NCBI GenBank assembly: GCA_950097015.1
Contig: CATNEN010000025.1
Location: forward strand, 5,146,001-5,210,000
Direction of reading: 5' to 3'
Length of the DNA: 64,000 nucleotides
From: Macrostomum hystrix
Taxonomy: Eukaryota > Animalia > Platyhelminthes
The notes under the pieces are model-generated. The model searched no databases and had not been told where the DNA came from. It saw only the letters and a list, made by a program, of their open reading frames with translations. This document shows positions 10,861 to 23,194 of the stretch, piece after piece. A program made the translations under genes and the position numbers. The first letter of the stretch is position 1, and every line of letters starts with the position of its first letter.

Positions 10861-11973
10861 CATCTCTAAAAATCGTTCATATATCGACTTTCTAGAGATG
10901 TGGCGAGTAGATTCTTGTTGCAGAAGGTGCGCACAACAAAAATTTTGCCCAGCACTAGAATCTCATGTGCCTTCGTTGCTCCGTTCAGGTGGAACAAAGT
11001 GTAGGGGAAATCCAGCCAGCTACAGTCTTTCGAAAGCCTTGTTTGGGACCATTGTTTGATTAGAACGAGCGTCTTGTCCTTTACATTCGCGAAATAACTC
11101 TGACAGGTTCTCCGGCAAGCCTATGTTGACCAGCCTCACCAACTCTCTGCCATACGAGTTTCCTGACGTGTACATCTGCCCGAAGCATCCAATCTCCATG
11201 AGCAAGGTCTACAAGCCATTCAACGAAGAGGACATTCCGAAACTGCGCGGACTGAAGAAGGAGTGCAATACCACCTGTCAGGCGCAGCTGAGCTACTTCT
11301 TGGCCTCCGCAACCGCCTTCAGCAATCCGATGTATGTATTCAGGAGTACAGTTTCAGCAGTGGAGACCGCCCTAATGAAAAGCCTCAACGACAAAAGCAC
11401 AGGTCGGCTTTATAAAGAACCCGTTTGATCACCTATGAAAAAAGAAAATGAGTAAAATTTATTTTTATTTAAGCGATAATGTACGAGTATAAGGGTGTAT
11501 TCAGTAGAGTTATCTGTTGATGTACAGCCAGTGGCACAGGCGCAGCCGCTATGGGGGTACATCTCCGTCCATGGGCCAGAACACCCACGAATTTCTTTGC
11601 GTTTCAGGACATGTGAATCAGTGCCGTTTCACCGTGGAAGGAGCCGAGTACGTTGGCAATAAGAGCACAGTGCCCGTGTTCAGCAACTCGTTGCTCATCT
11701 CTCTCGCGCCCGCCAATCTGTCTCAGCGGCCATACGTGAGTGAAGTCGCTTGCCTGCCGTGGAATGAGGCGGCCAGGAGGCTGAGAACGGCCGGAGTCGG
11801 AGCCATGGCGGACAGGATTCTTGCGCTGAACTTCTCCGAAGGAGACGCCAGGTGTCGGGCTCCAGCTGGTCTGTCGCTGACAGATTTCAAGAACTACACC
11901 TGTGAGCTGACACAGATATTTTGTGCCACTCGAATCCCTATTTTAGAACAAATTATCTTGTTTACAGCTGCAG

Positions 11974-12184
11974 TGGTTGTAGCCGGGTGGTTAGGGCGAC
12001 GGACTCGCGACTTGAAGATCGGGGTTCGATTTCCAGTGGAGCAATATGTGTACTTTAGCAAGAGCACAAAACTCTGAAATGCTTCAGTTCACCCAGCATT
12101 AGCTGGGGTAATTGAGGGTGGGTGTGGCGTTCCCCTGTCAATGGACTGAACAGCCGTACGCCGTACTGTCGGCAGCACATCTAG
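11974..12184 (+). mobile_element. SINE family A copy
   Basis: A box GTAGCCGGGTGGTTAG, B box GGTTCGATTTCC, body with internal deletion. Confidence 0.8.
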
Positions 12185-12991
12185 CACAATCGGTTCAACC
12201 AATTATTGATAGCAAATATCAAATTTATAATACCCAATCTTTAAGACATATTTGAAACCGCAAAACCAAATTTTAGCTCAGCTAATCAATGCGGAAAAAT
12301 CACCAGCTTGCTATCTAGACAGCGCTTCTAATAGGATGTTTAACTTTTCCTGCTTTGGTGGTCAGACTTCCAGCATGAACGTCCAGGTGTGCACGGAGTG
12401 CTGCTACAAGAATAATTACAGGTACTATGGCATGCAGTACTACGACTGTTTCTGCAGCAACAGCACTGATTCGGGGCGTGTGGTGGCGTCCAGCAATTGC
12501 GTCTACTCTTGCCCTGGCCAGGGTGACGAAAAACAAAACTGCGGCGGCGATGGCCTGTTCATGAGCGTGAAGCAAATCAGAAGCGCTGGTGAGTTCTCGA
12601 ATAAGCCGTCCAGCTTCTGATGGTGACTCACCATCAGACTGGCTCACCATGACTCACCATGGTGACTCACCTTCTGATAGTCGTCTTGATTTTCCTTTGT
12701 GTAATACCAAAGATAGCATTGCGAATTTAGCTACTTACCGTATCAAAAAATTTCCTTTGTACTTCCAAGGTAAGGTTATTTTTAGTCTTCGGAGTCCTTT
12801 TTAAAACAGTCCAAGCAAATATCTCATTTCATTCTCATTTCAGACAACTTCCCTATATTTCAACCCTATGGAAGTTTCCTTAGCAACTACCAGCTTGGCC
12901 CATATTGCTTCTATGACGATGCAGCGAATGGACTCGCGATTTCCTACTGCAACACTCCGTTCTGCTGTGAGCACTGTGTATCTATCTATCC

Positions 12992-13040
<49 letters not shown>

Positions 13041-13536
13041 GCATAAAATGTATGCTAAAATGTTATTACTTTACTCCGCAGCTATCGCAGGCGCATACAA
13101 CTGTATGGAAAGCGATAGCACTGGCTCGGCGAAGTACACAGGCAACCTGAGCACCACTGCCTCTGGCCGGAGCTGCATGTCGTGGGCTGATGTGAAGTCT
13201 GAAGTTGAAAGTGGACGACTCCGGCCGTCCAGCTCGTCTGTTATCCACTGGAGCTTGGAAACTATCAAGGGTGAGTTCACAAGCTGTTGGAGTACTCATA
13301 CGATATCCGATTTACGTCAAATGAGAAATCAGAAGAATAAAACTAGCCAAAACTTTCACGCAGATTATCGGGTTATCATACAAACAGCTGACTACGATGT
13401 CAGCAACAGTACAAATTACTGCCGGGCGGCTCACGTGCTTCTCGATGTGATGCACTACAATGGCAGTAGTGCGAATGCTGTCGCTTCAACGTACGTGTCT
13501 ATGATTTTAATTTCGAACTTGTAATGCTTTCAACAT

Positions 13537-13730
13537 GGGGTTAGTGACAGAGTGGTCTAAGGCCTTTGAGACTTGCACCAAGGTCCCTGAGCTCGATTGC
13601 GCGGCGATACCACATTCATTTGGGGGCTTTTGCTGTGCTATTCACACGCCCTCGAAGGCCCTCCGTGTGTCTTGGAGCGAGGAATGGGCGGCATTGCCTC
13701 TCTTTGGATGCTTGATTCACCAAATCGCCG
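13537..13730 (+). mobile_element. SINE family B copy, internally deleted
   Basis: tRNA-like head ...CACCAAGGTCCCTGAGCTCGATT..., CCACATTCATTTGGGGGCTT, degenerate 3' stem-loop. Confidence 0.65.
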
Positions 13731-14057
13731 AATGATTTGCGTGTGCTCACATCTTTCATGCAATTTGAATTTGCTCCACCATCCTAGGCGAAGTACTCTG
13801 GTGTACTCCACCGCACCCGGATGCTTCTATTTAAACGAAGTGGACAAAGTGGTCGCCTTTGAGCTGTGCGAGATTGCATCTTGCGGTAAGCAGCTACTTT
13901 TTATTCGTGAAAGCACTTAAGCCTAACTTGCTGCATGGCGTCATCGAACGAGTGTAATTACACTGTTAAAGTGTTTCCATGAGCTCAGATAAACCACAGA
14001 TTTTTGTCCACCTTGTTTAGCACAATGATAGAGTCCGTGGGATAAATGTATAATCTT

Positions 14058-14182
14058 TCCCACTTATTTCGGCTGCCAGGGTGTAAAGGCTCGAGGCGCA
14101 AATTTATTGACCGAGGCGAAGCCGAGGTCAATGAAATTCGCGCCGAGTGCCTTTGCACCCTAGACAGCCGAAATAAGTGGGA
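14058..14182. repeat. ~125-bp near-perfect palindrome
   Basis: Arms TCCCACTTATTTCGGCTG...ATTGACC and GGTCAAT...CAGCCGAAATAAGTGGGA around a GAGGCGAAGCCGA centre. Confidence 0.9.
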
Positions 14183-14356
14183 GAGATGGTATGTATCCCC
14201 CACTTGGCTGCCGACTTTCATTGCACTTTAAGTCTTCTGTTTCTTGCTACGCTCTGTCTGTAGTCTATGGTGAAAATCAAAATCCGAGAGGAGGGTAGAC
14301 GCTAAAAAAGACAGCCTTTATGCGAAAAAGACAGAACAGGACAGAATAGCAGACGC

Positions 14357-14860
14357 TTGTATATGTCTAGCCCTCGATTTGAAAGCTTGACTGAGGCCGA
14401 GGCGGAGGCCATGATTGGCGGCACGGTCCCTCCGAACACCGTAAAGAAATGCGAGTGGATGCTGTCTACTTTCAATGAATGGCACGCGTTTAAGAAGCAA
14501 GAATGGGCGACGAATGGTGGACCATCCATCATGGTTATCAAGGACATGGATGAGTTTGACAAGACGGACCTGAACTTTCTCCTGAAGTTGTTTATCCTGG
14601 AGGTCCGGACAAAACGGAACGAACGGTACTCGGCTGGTACCCTGAAGGACTTCTTCTCAATGCTACAATACCAAATGCGCAACGTGCATCGCAAGGACTG
14701 GTGCCTCTGGACGAATGTCGAGTTTGCCGAGTGCAGAAGAGCGTTGGACGCTGCTATGAAGTCTATCAACTGCTGAGGGCAAGGGCGTCGGGCTCAAGAA
14801 GTCTGACCCGGTGTCAAAGCCCATCGAAGATGACTGCTGGACGGAGGGTGTGTTTGGTTC
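14357..14860 (+). pseudogene. Fragment of a Crypton/ZMYM-DUF3504-like tyrosine recombinase N-terminal region, frameshifted
   Basis: PPNTVKK..W...FNEW...LNFLLKLFILEVR..K...Y...TL...LQY...F...RRALDAAMK. After a frameshift near 14770 it continues AEGKGVGLKKSDPV...EDDCWTEGVFG. Family recognised from memory. Confidence 0.6.
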
Positions 14861-14984
14861 CGAGCGTTCTCGTTTTGCACTTTCTTTGTTTATTTCCCCA
14901 GACGGTTGTGACTTATGTCTGTGGTAAAAGTTCTGTTTCGCGCGGGGGCGCGGGAAATAAATGATTTATTGCCCTAGGGCAAAT

Positions 14985-17900
14985 CAAGGACTTCTATATA
15001 ATAGCATCTGGACTGGAAACGAGAAATAAATTTCACAATTTTTTTACCACATGAGGCCAATGTTTAGCCGAGCACAGCGGCTCTCCAGAGAAACATATCT
15101 ACTTAAGCCGTCACACATCTCAAGGCGCCTACATTCCAGGCATGCACATTGAATTTGGTGGAAATCCTATGTTGTGGAGAGAAATGGAGTCTACTTTTTT
15201 CGGAGAAGCATTTCCAATTGATTTCAATGGCGTTTCAAATTGGCATTCCATCGGTCCCCAGCTGTTCACCATAGACACTTGTTCCAGAACTGCCACGACT
15301 TATGGCCACGTAGTGGCACTAATTTGAATTGGATCAGATTTCCTAGTTGTTTCATTTCATACTCAACGCAGTTTCCTCAGTTTTCTTTGCCAAGGATTTC
15401 TGCGCCATAAAAGCATATCCTTCACTATGGTGAACAAGTGTTCCGCATTCGGTTGCAAGAGCGGCTTCGCTAATAGTTCAACGCCAGGTACTGTGACATT
15501 TCATTGCTATCCACTCAACAACCCGAGTCTATTGAAAAAATGGAATAAAGCAAATCCGAGGAAGGCGTTTCAGCCCACGAAGTATTCTCGTATCTGCTCG
15601 CTTCATTTCACCACTGAGGACTTCGTCGAAACAACTCGAGATAGCAATAGCACTCGCAGAGAGAAGAAAGGCCAGCTGACCAATCGTTATCTGAGGCAAG
15701 ATGCAGTGCCAACTATCTTTCTTAATGCACCTGCATACCTTTCTTCTGTCCGGCAAGCAGCTCGGAGCACATGCTCTGCGACATCATCTGCGCGTCTGGA
15801 GGCTGAAAACATGCGTCTCAATGATCAAATCGCCGACTTCTTTGCCAAAGATTCAATTCTCAGTTGCTCGCCACGAGAAATTCAAGAATTGCTCGAATCA
15901 GAGGAAACGAGACCAGATGGCTTTCAAACTGCAATTTGCAACGAGTTCCTATGCATCTTCATGCTGGAGGTAAAGCATGTCTGCCAGGTTGCGTGCTCCA
16001 TCTGCATTGGACCGAATCACAAAGTCTCCGTTGGTCTGAATGGCACAGCACTGTTACAAGACCAGGTGGTAAAATTGGTTGGCACGGATGGAAAAGTTTC
16101 TTCCATCAGTGAAGTTGTGAATTTGATGGCTCGAGTCAAGAACTTGAAAGCAGGTCTTGAACGCGCTGAGCAGCAGATGTTGCCTGATGCTGTTGTTAAG
16201 AAGCATTTCGATCACTTCATAGACATGGCCCACAACAATCTGACAAGTGCTCTAGAGCAAAAGGAAGACAGGTCGGTGACTTTTATTCGAGAGCAGCTGC
16301 AGTTGAGCTGTGAGCCAAAGACATCGAGGAGATACTCTCAACAGCTGATGGTCTTGTGCTACATGATTTATTCAGTAAGTGCTGCAGCTTACGGGCTTCT
16401 ACGTGAGCAAGAGATTCTCTGCCTGCCATCAGAGCGAACTCTGCGATCAGTCACTAGGAGAATTGGAAAGGATGGATTGGATTCTCAGAGTTACCTTCGG
16501 CTGCGAGCGTCCAAGCTGACACAGATGGAGCGAGTTGTGGTGCTGATCATTGATGAGATCTATGTGGCCAATCGAATTGAGTACTGTGGAGGCCATGTGA
16601 GTGGATTGGACAATGATGGAGTGGTTGCTTCAACCTACTGTTGCTTCTTGATAAAGTCAATTGCAGGCAAGTACAAGGACATGGTGTCCATGTTTCCTGT
16701 GGCAAAGCTGACAGCACAGAAGCTCAGTCACTGGTTCCAGGATGTCATGGATTTGCTGCGTAGCCTGCAGTTCTCCGTCATTGCAATATCCGTTGATAAT
16801 GCACCAGTTAACAGAAAGTTCGTCGCCGATTTTCTGTGCGATGGAGACTTGGAGGAGTCAATTACTGACAAGGTCACAGGGCAGCCTATCTTCATTGTGA
16901 TCGATCCCGTGCACAACCTCAAGAACATATACAACAACTTCCAGACACGGAAATCATTTCGCTGCCCAGCATTCCCACCAGTTTTGATAGAAGCCTGCGA
17001 CGCTCACTTTTGTCACATCGGTGAGCTGTTCAATGCTGAAGCCAACAAGCCGGTGAGACTTGCTCACAAGCTCAGCCCTGCTGTGCTGAACCCTAAAAAT
17101 ATCGAGAAGTCGTCAGTGAAGCTGGCAGTGGCAGTATTCTGTGATTCAACTCGAGATGCACTCAAATACTACACTGCACATGAGAATAAGAACTGGAGTG
17201 GCACCGCAAGATTTGTCAGTTTGATTCTGAAGCTCTGGAAAGTTCTCAACGTCAAGACACCATCAAAGGGACTTCGAAAGCGTGACATTGCGCAGGATCC
17301 AGTGCGCTCGTCGCTTGACTGGAAGCTGCAATTTCTTGATGAGTTCAGTTGTTTTCTAAAGGTGAGTCTTAAATTAACTATTATCTTTAATTATTGTTAC
17401 CAGTGGCATGGATAAGTTAAATTATTCATGCACAAACAATTTGCAGTTGTGGCAGTCCTCTGGAGACTATGGCTTGTCAAAAGAGACCTTTTTGGCATGC
17501 CGGATTACCTGCCGATCCATCGCTGCCTGTGCGAGACATCTGCTGGATCACGAAGGATTCTCCTATGTACTTCTTGGCTCACTCTAGTCCGACAGCATTG
17601 AACGCCGATTCGGCTGGCTCCGTCAGATGTCCGGAGCCAACTACTTCATTTCTGCAAGGCAGCTAACTGAAAACAGTCGCAAAATTGCTGCGATCAGTCT
17701 GCTGAAGTTTTCTCAGCTGTCACTGGCCGATATTGACAATGCCATTGAGTCAATCTGCGCCAAGGATCAGTGCGTGAAGGAACTGGCGCGAGAGTTTGCA
17801 AGCAAGATGGAGATGAATATCCAGCCATTGAGCTCTGACTGCACCATCATCTACTATATAAGTGGAGCAGTCGCTAAGAAATTCGTGCAAAGGAAGCGCG

Positions 17901-18706
17901 GGTGCGCATCTTGCCGCGAACTTCTGCTTGGCTCTGACGATCTGCCGCCTCTTGAGACTGATGGCGGGATTCAGGCCACGGCCATCGTCTTCTTGGAGGA
18001 GATCAACCGGGGTGGCCTGTCCAAGCCGTCTGATATCGCTTTTGGGCTGGCCAGAAACTGCTGGCAGGTGTTCGAGGAGATCCGGCAGAGCAATGAACTG
18101 CGCAGACGGCTGCTGCATGCTCCCAACCAGATGCAGCTGTTCTGTCACATTGTCGATGAGATGATGGATGACAGCAACTATCTGGAACATTTCATGGGTC
18201 AGACGATGTGCACGGATGGCCATGATGTGAAAGAAGGAATCGTCTGTGCATTTTTCAACTGCATGATGAAAAATCTAGTCAAGGACGTTTCGGTTAGTGG
18301 AGCTGGGGCTCGAAGTAAGCGAAAGTCGGCCAAACTTTCCAGTGCCAGAACAGACAAGTAACTTTTATTTGATGCCAATACGACCTCTGTGAACACTCTT
18401 CTTCAAGTTCTACGTTACCATTGCCTACGTGTTTTGTTTGTTACCGATTGTTTGAAGCACACCTGCATATGCGTTAATCCATTTGAATTTGCGTTGCTGC
18501 TTCAAGGTACTCGTAAACATAAATTAATAATCTGAAGAAAGGAACTAGCCAGTTAACATTACATCTCTGGATTTCCGACATTTGAATTTCCGATCTTGCA
18601 TTTCCCAATTTGACAGATTCCATAGAAAGCAGGGGAAAAACTGGCCTCATGAGGTAATGGGTATTTCTTCGCTTCCAGTCCAGATGCTATTATATAGAAG
18701 TCCTTG
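14985..18706 (+). mobile_element. P-superfamily DNA transposon with THAP-transposase
   Basis: TIRs start CAAGGACTTCTATATAATAGCATCTGGACTGGAA (imperfect to ~75 bp). 8-bp TSD GGGCAAAT at 14977-14984 and 18707-18714. Confidence 0.92.
15427..18361 (+). pseudogene. THAP domain + P-element transposase, two exons, one premature stop
   Basis: THAP: KCSAFGC...FHCYP...W...RICSLHF...AVPTIF. Transposase: LPSERTLR, LIIDEIYV, SVDNA, DPVHNLKN. Phase-0 intron 17362-17446. Exon 2 reads ...VLLGSL*SDSIERRFGWLRQMSG with TAG at 17585-17587. Confidence 0.88.
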
Positions 18707-18937
18707 GGGCAAATAAACGAAACGCGTTACGACATAGACAATGTTGGCGGGCAAGTGGGGGATACATATTTCTAAGATAGTTAATATAATCTCTCCAGTT
18801 TTTTGAATTGCAAGCACCAAGGCAACAAGAAAAACGGCAATCAAAGTTTCTAGATTTTTTTTCTGACGAATTGGAATAATAAGTCTAAGCTGGCATCACT
18901 CATCTTGATTTAACGTCTAACTACATTGTCAGCGGGG

Positions 18938-19190
18938 GCCAGGAGCTCGATTCCGCAGCGAGGCCACATTTATTTGGGTCGCAGCCGCTGAGAGAAAGCT
19001 TGGGGGCTTGTGCAATTTACGTCCATGAGGGCCGATCTCAAAGGCATTGTGCGACTGTACACTGCCTGACGATAGGAAAGATGCAGATGTGCACACCTGT
19101 GTGAGCGTGTGTGCTCAGGAGTCAGCGAACTAGGCAGAATTGCCTCCTCGCTGGCTGCAAGACTATTGTCACCAAATGATGTCCCAGAAC
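18938..19190 (+). mobile_element. SINE family B copy
   Basis: B-box-like GAGCTCGATTCC, GGGGGCTTGTGCAATTTAC, 3' AGTCAGCGA...GCCTCCTCGCTGGCT. Confidence 0.8.
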
Positions 19191-22100
19191 CCACGGCCCA
19201 CCTGCAATTATTAGTACAATTACATTGTCAGCGGACGCGAGTCCCAGCATTCCTGGTATCGTCAGGAACACCATTGGCAGCGCTCAGTTGTCCCGACAGT
19301 TCGGAACCAGTTTGGGTGTCGGGCTGGTCGATTGCAGTTTCAACAACAAGCATTGCAATGCCAGCGACTTCATGGAAGTTTTGATTCCTGAGAGCGGCGT
19401 GTGCTACCGGTTCTTCAAGGAGCGATTCATTCAAGATCTGAGCCTCTCGCAACTGAAGGAGGCGGTTCTGGAAGTTCGACTGTTCACCGATTCCACCGAT
19501 TCCATAGGCTCGGGTCCTCAGAAGGAATACAGTTTGTCAAAGGCAATAATAGACGAGATTAGCGACTCAGCTGTTGTGAGCAACGGCGCATATGACGTAA
19601 GTGATATTACGAGTAGAAACTTTTACTAGTTTTCTGAACTTTCATTGTGTAAAGTTAGTGTATTAAAATAACATTTTTGGTTGTCATAACAGAACTACGC
19701 AATGTAATGACATTGATATGCAATAATTGTGCGCTTCAATGTTGTCAGGTGATAATCGTGCCGACCGGAACGTTTCCATGGTTGTCGAAAGCCTACTCAG
19801 TTGTTAAAGCACAGAGGTCGGACTTTAAAGTGCGCCTGGACAAGACAGTTCGATTGTCGAAGCCGCCACCGCAGGATTGCAGCGATGCTCAGTCGCCTGT
19901 CACCTATATGCTTGACTATTGGAAGCCCGGAGGAAGTCTGCCTTCTAATATTACGTGAGTAGTAAAAAATCATCTTTCCTGGGTATTTTTCTATATTGGG
20001 AGCAGGTAGTCCAGTGGTTGGTGAGATATTTAGTTTTCCTTCTTGAGAGAAAAATAATTGGTATCATTGAGAAAAACTTTCTACATTTCAGAACTCAGAT
20101 GGAGCACACTTTCTGGGTTGTTCAATCCGAGACCAACTGGACTAAGAAGATTGAATTGCTAAAAACGTTGATCACTGGCTATAATGCAATCAAGTGAGTT
20201 TTCTTATTTTCTTGCCAGGTCTTTATTTCCATTGTGCGGAGCTAAACAGCAACAAAAAACGCAAACTTCGGAAATTTTAGAAGCCCCAACAACAGGACAA
20301 TTAGGTTTGAGAAGAGCACTCAGGAGGACTGCATCAATGAGTTCATCCTTAAGAAATTCGCCGAGAACTGTCGCTGTTTACCGACATTTCTTCCCATTCC
20401 GGAGGAATTGTTTGCTGCTTATCCCATCTGCTTCAACTCCACGGACACTGAGAACTTATTTGCTAGGGACCAGTGCTACATCAAGCAGGAGAAGCTCATT
20501 CAAAGCTACCGCATACAGGCCCGAAACCAATGTCCGCCGTTATGCGAGACCATTGAGTACTCGGTCACCCAGACTTCATTTCCCTGGCCAAATGTTCGCA
20601 GGCAGGTCTCCAAAGACTTTTTGGCTAATCTAGCAAAGACTTACGGCTATCCGACCAATGTAAAACTGCTGAGAGGTCCTGGCGTCTTTTACTCGGCCTA
20701 CCTTCACTACATGAGCTTGCGCGAAGATGCTACTGACGTATTGAACTTCGACTACCAGTTGCTGGCCCTGCAGGACCAGCTGGTTACGGTTACTGTGTCA
20801 GCCGCTCAAATGTTTGGCCAAGAGATTACAGAGGAAGAGGCCTACCCCGCCAAGAACCTTCTTGCTGACATGGGCGGTGAGTTCCATCTTGCATTGTTGC
20901 AGAATGTAAACAATGCCTAGCTGCGAAACAAAATATTTTCTGACGCAAATACATGTTACGAGCGTATCTAGATTTATCTTTTTAAAATTTAAGTTGGATT
21001 GTAGGCATAAATTGTACATACGAGCGTAAACTAGTTGGACCAGATGCACATTAGCTTAAAAAATTCATGTACAGGTGACTAGTCCGTGGACAAATTTCTA
21101 CCCCAGCCGATGGTGGTACGCAGTTTACGCATAGCTAAACTGAAGAACTAGGGAATTAAATGTCTTGCTGCTTAAATAAAGAAATTGCTGCTGCAAAAAT
21201 GTTTACCTTTAGGCTCCGATTCGAACTTCAGACCTTTCCGTTTGAAGTGCGATGCTCTAGCCACTAGGCTTAATATAATAGTTCTCAGAGCAAGGGCCTC
21301 AACTCTGTCATACTCAACTCTCAGGCATTCTGGGGCTCTGGTGTGGCATCTCTGTCCTTACCGTGTGCGAGCTGGTGGAGCTGTCACTCTTCATCTGCAT
21401 AACAGCGAAGCATCATGCCTCGCGGAGACTGCGCGAGAGTCAAGGCCGCGTCGAAAGCGATGACGGATCGCTTGCAATGTCACCTAGAAGCCAGAAGGTG
21501 CTAACTGTTAAGCCCGCGGCGGGAGTTGAGATGATTGAGGACGCGTAAGCTGGACGGTGTGCCGAGAGCTCAAAATAAAATTACGTCCAACTGATACTGA
21601 TAATATTGATTTCAATTTATGCCTGCGTACTCCCACTGCCTTTCTCCGGCTTGCCTTTTAAATTAGCTTTGTATGTGTAAATCATCGTGATATAGGCGAG
21701 GCAGTTAAAAGGATTATCTTGAGCCGTAGAGACCAGAAATGTTATTTTTTAATCCTTCTTTTCGATCGGTTTAACTAAATCAGACATCGTTCGCGTACAT
21801 TCGGAGAGGCGAATGAGAATGATATCTTTCTGATCTTTCAAATCACGTGATTACACATTAAACAAATCACGAAAATTATGAACATTGTTAACGAAAGGAA
21901 ACAACCCGGTAGTTTTAAATGGAATACTTCGACATTTACGAAGTAGTAAATTCTAATACTGTTTTTTTACAAATTTTCCTTTTCCGTTTTAATACGAGTA
22001 CTGAAGTACTGAAGTATTTCTTTCGATGTGCGCTTAAAGCTCTTTTGTCGATTATTTTATTAACTCTTTCTTAAAAAAATAAACGAAGCGAAGCTTTTTA

Positions 22101-22864
22101 TACTTTAAAAGACACAAAGAGTTATAAATGCTTTCTCACATAATGAGCTATGCAGAAAAACTGATGTTCTCATGAGCTTAATACTAATAGTAATGAAGTA
22201 GGCAGATACCGAGTATTTTTCAGTTTTTCTCGGGGTTCAGCTTGCCTGAATTCGTCTCTGAGTGTTCAGATGATGACTTTTCTATCAACCAGGAGCTTTC
22301 GACCACGACCTTGACATTCGACTAAATTGGCGGTCTTGTTGCGATTCTAAGTAACTTGCCTCATACGGAATCATTTTGTGTCCACTTCATCGCTTTATGT
22401 TTTACCCACTGTGGTCCCGTTAAAAGTGCTGGTCCCGAAACGTGCTCTGTTATTCTGAATAGAAACTTCGAGGTTAAGAAAACAAAATTAAACAAATTCA
22501 CTACTTTGTTATACGAGGCTCGTACTTATGATACTAAAGTTCACTACTAAAGTAGGGTCATCTAAACCAAACGCAACTATAGCGGTAACCAGAGGGAGTC
22601 TTCCCCGTAGCATAGTACAAGTGCAATTTACTGTGGCGAAGTCACCTTGCAGACCAGCCTGTTGCGTCTATTCATCTGAGCGTACACATTCTTTTTCAGT
22701 CGTTGTGCACACTCTGTGAGTTAAAGGTCGAACCTAATATATGGGCCTAAATTTCAAACCTTCTGTCCTCTGTTACAACACTTCTCAGCAGGTCACAGGG
22801 GTCATTTATAATAATAATAATAACTAATAATAATTGCAGGAGGGCTGCGAGCAATAGCAAGTTA

Positions 22865-23121
22865 ATTGGTGATACTTGATCGGCAGCCAGCGAGGAGGCA
22901 ATTCTGCCCATTTCGCTGACTCCTGAGCACACACGCACACAGACACCGCTCACACAGGTGTGTACATCTGCCCTGACTTCCTCATCGTCAGGCAGTGTAA
23001 ACTCTCACTGTGCCTTGGAGGTTGGCCCTCAAGTGCGTAAATTGCACGACAAGCCCTCAAGCCGTCTCTCCGCGGCTGCGCCCCAAGCTAATGGGGTCTC
23101 GCCCCGGAATCGAGCTCAGGG
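22865..23121 (-). mobile_element. SINE family B copy
   Basis: Reverse complement of the family B body and 3' stem-loop. Confidence 0.8.
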
Positions 23122-23194
23122 ATAGTCACAAGGGTTACAAATATACGAGACATTCGAGTTTTAGTCAACATGAAAGTGCGCTTACCCCCTGCAG

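Larger units (their letters stand above)
14049..18792 (+). mobile_element. Crypton-like (tyrosine recombinase/DUF3504-type) defective element hosting the P element
   Basis: Carries a recombinase-like fragment and a 125-bp hairpin. 17-bp inverted repeat TATGTATCCCCCACTTG at 14190-14206 and 18752-18768. TATAATCT direct repeat at 14049 and 18785. Boundaries tentative. Confidence 0.5.
3768..21548 (+). pseudogene. DEG/ENaC channel locus A (kringle[WSC]-kringle ectodomain), exon 1 interrupted by a LINE
   Basis: Exon 1 ...FAQYTTAHGLGRF...LFLLAT breaks at 3959 and resumes after the TSD at 9803 (YGGFAYHLYTIVD, donor 9844). Approximate further exons: 11107-11402 (FPDVYICP), 11608-11901, 12277-12588 (WSC), 12844-12966, ~13082-13270, ~13363-13489, 13789-13885, ~19231-19596, ~19749-19953, ~20091-20192, 20281-20876, ~21325-21548 (GILGLWCGISVLTVCEL). 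No other lesion seen. Confidence 0.85.

Noticed and set aside
12619-12672. Cluster of TGACTCA motifs with a small palindrome
   Set aside because: Most simply a local duplication or inversion in an intron; no support for regulatory function.
19142-19155. GCCTCCTCGCTGGC in SINE B (and TCCTCGCT in the LINE 3' UTR) matches the HDV ribozyme P3/L3 as I recall it
   Set aside because: No GG for P1.1, no P4/J4-2 in the SINE, and no P2 in the LINE. The bases are better explained by the co-varying stem-loop shared among these elements.
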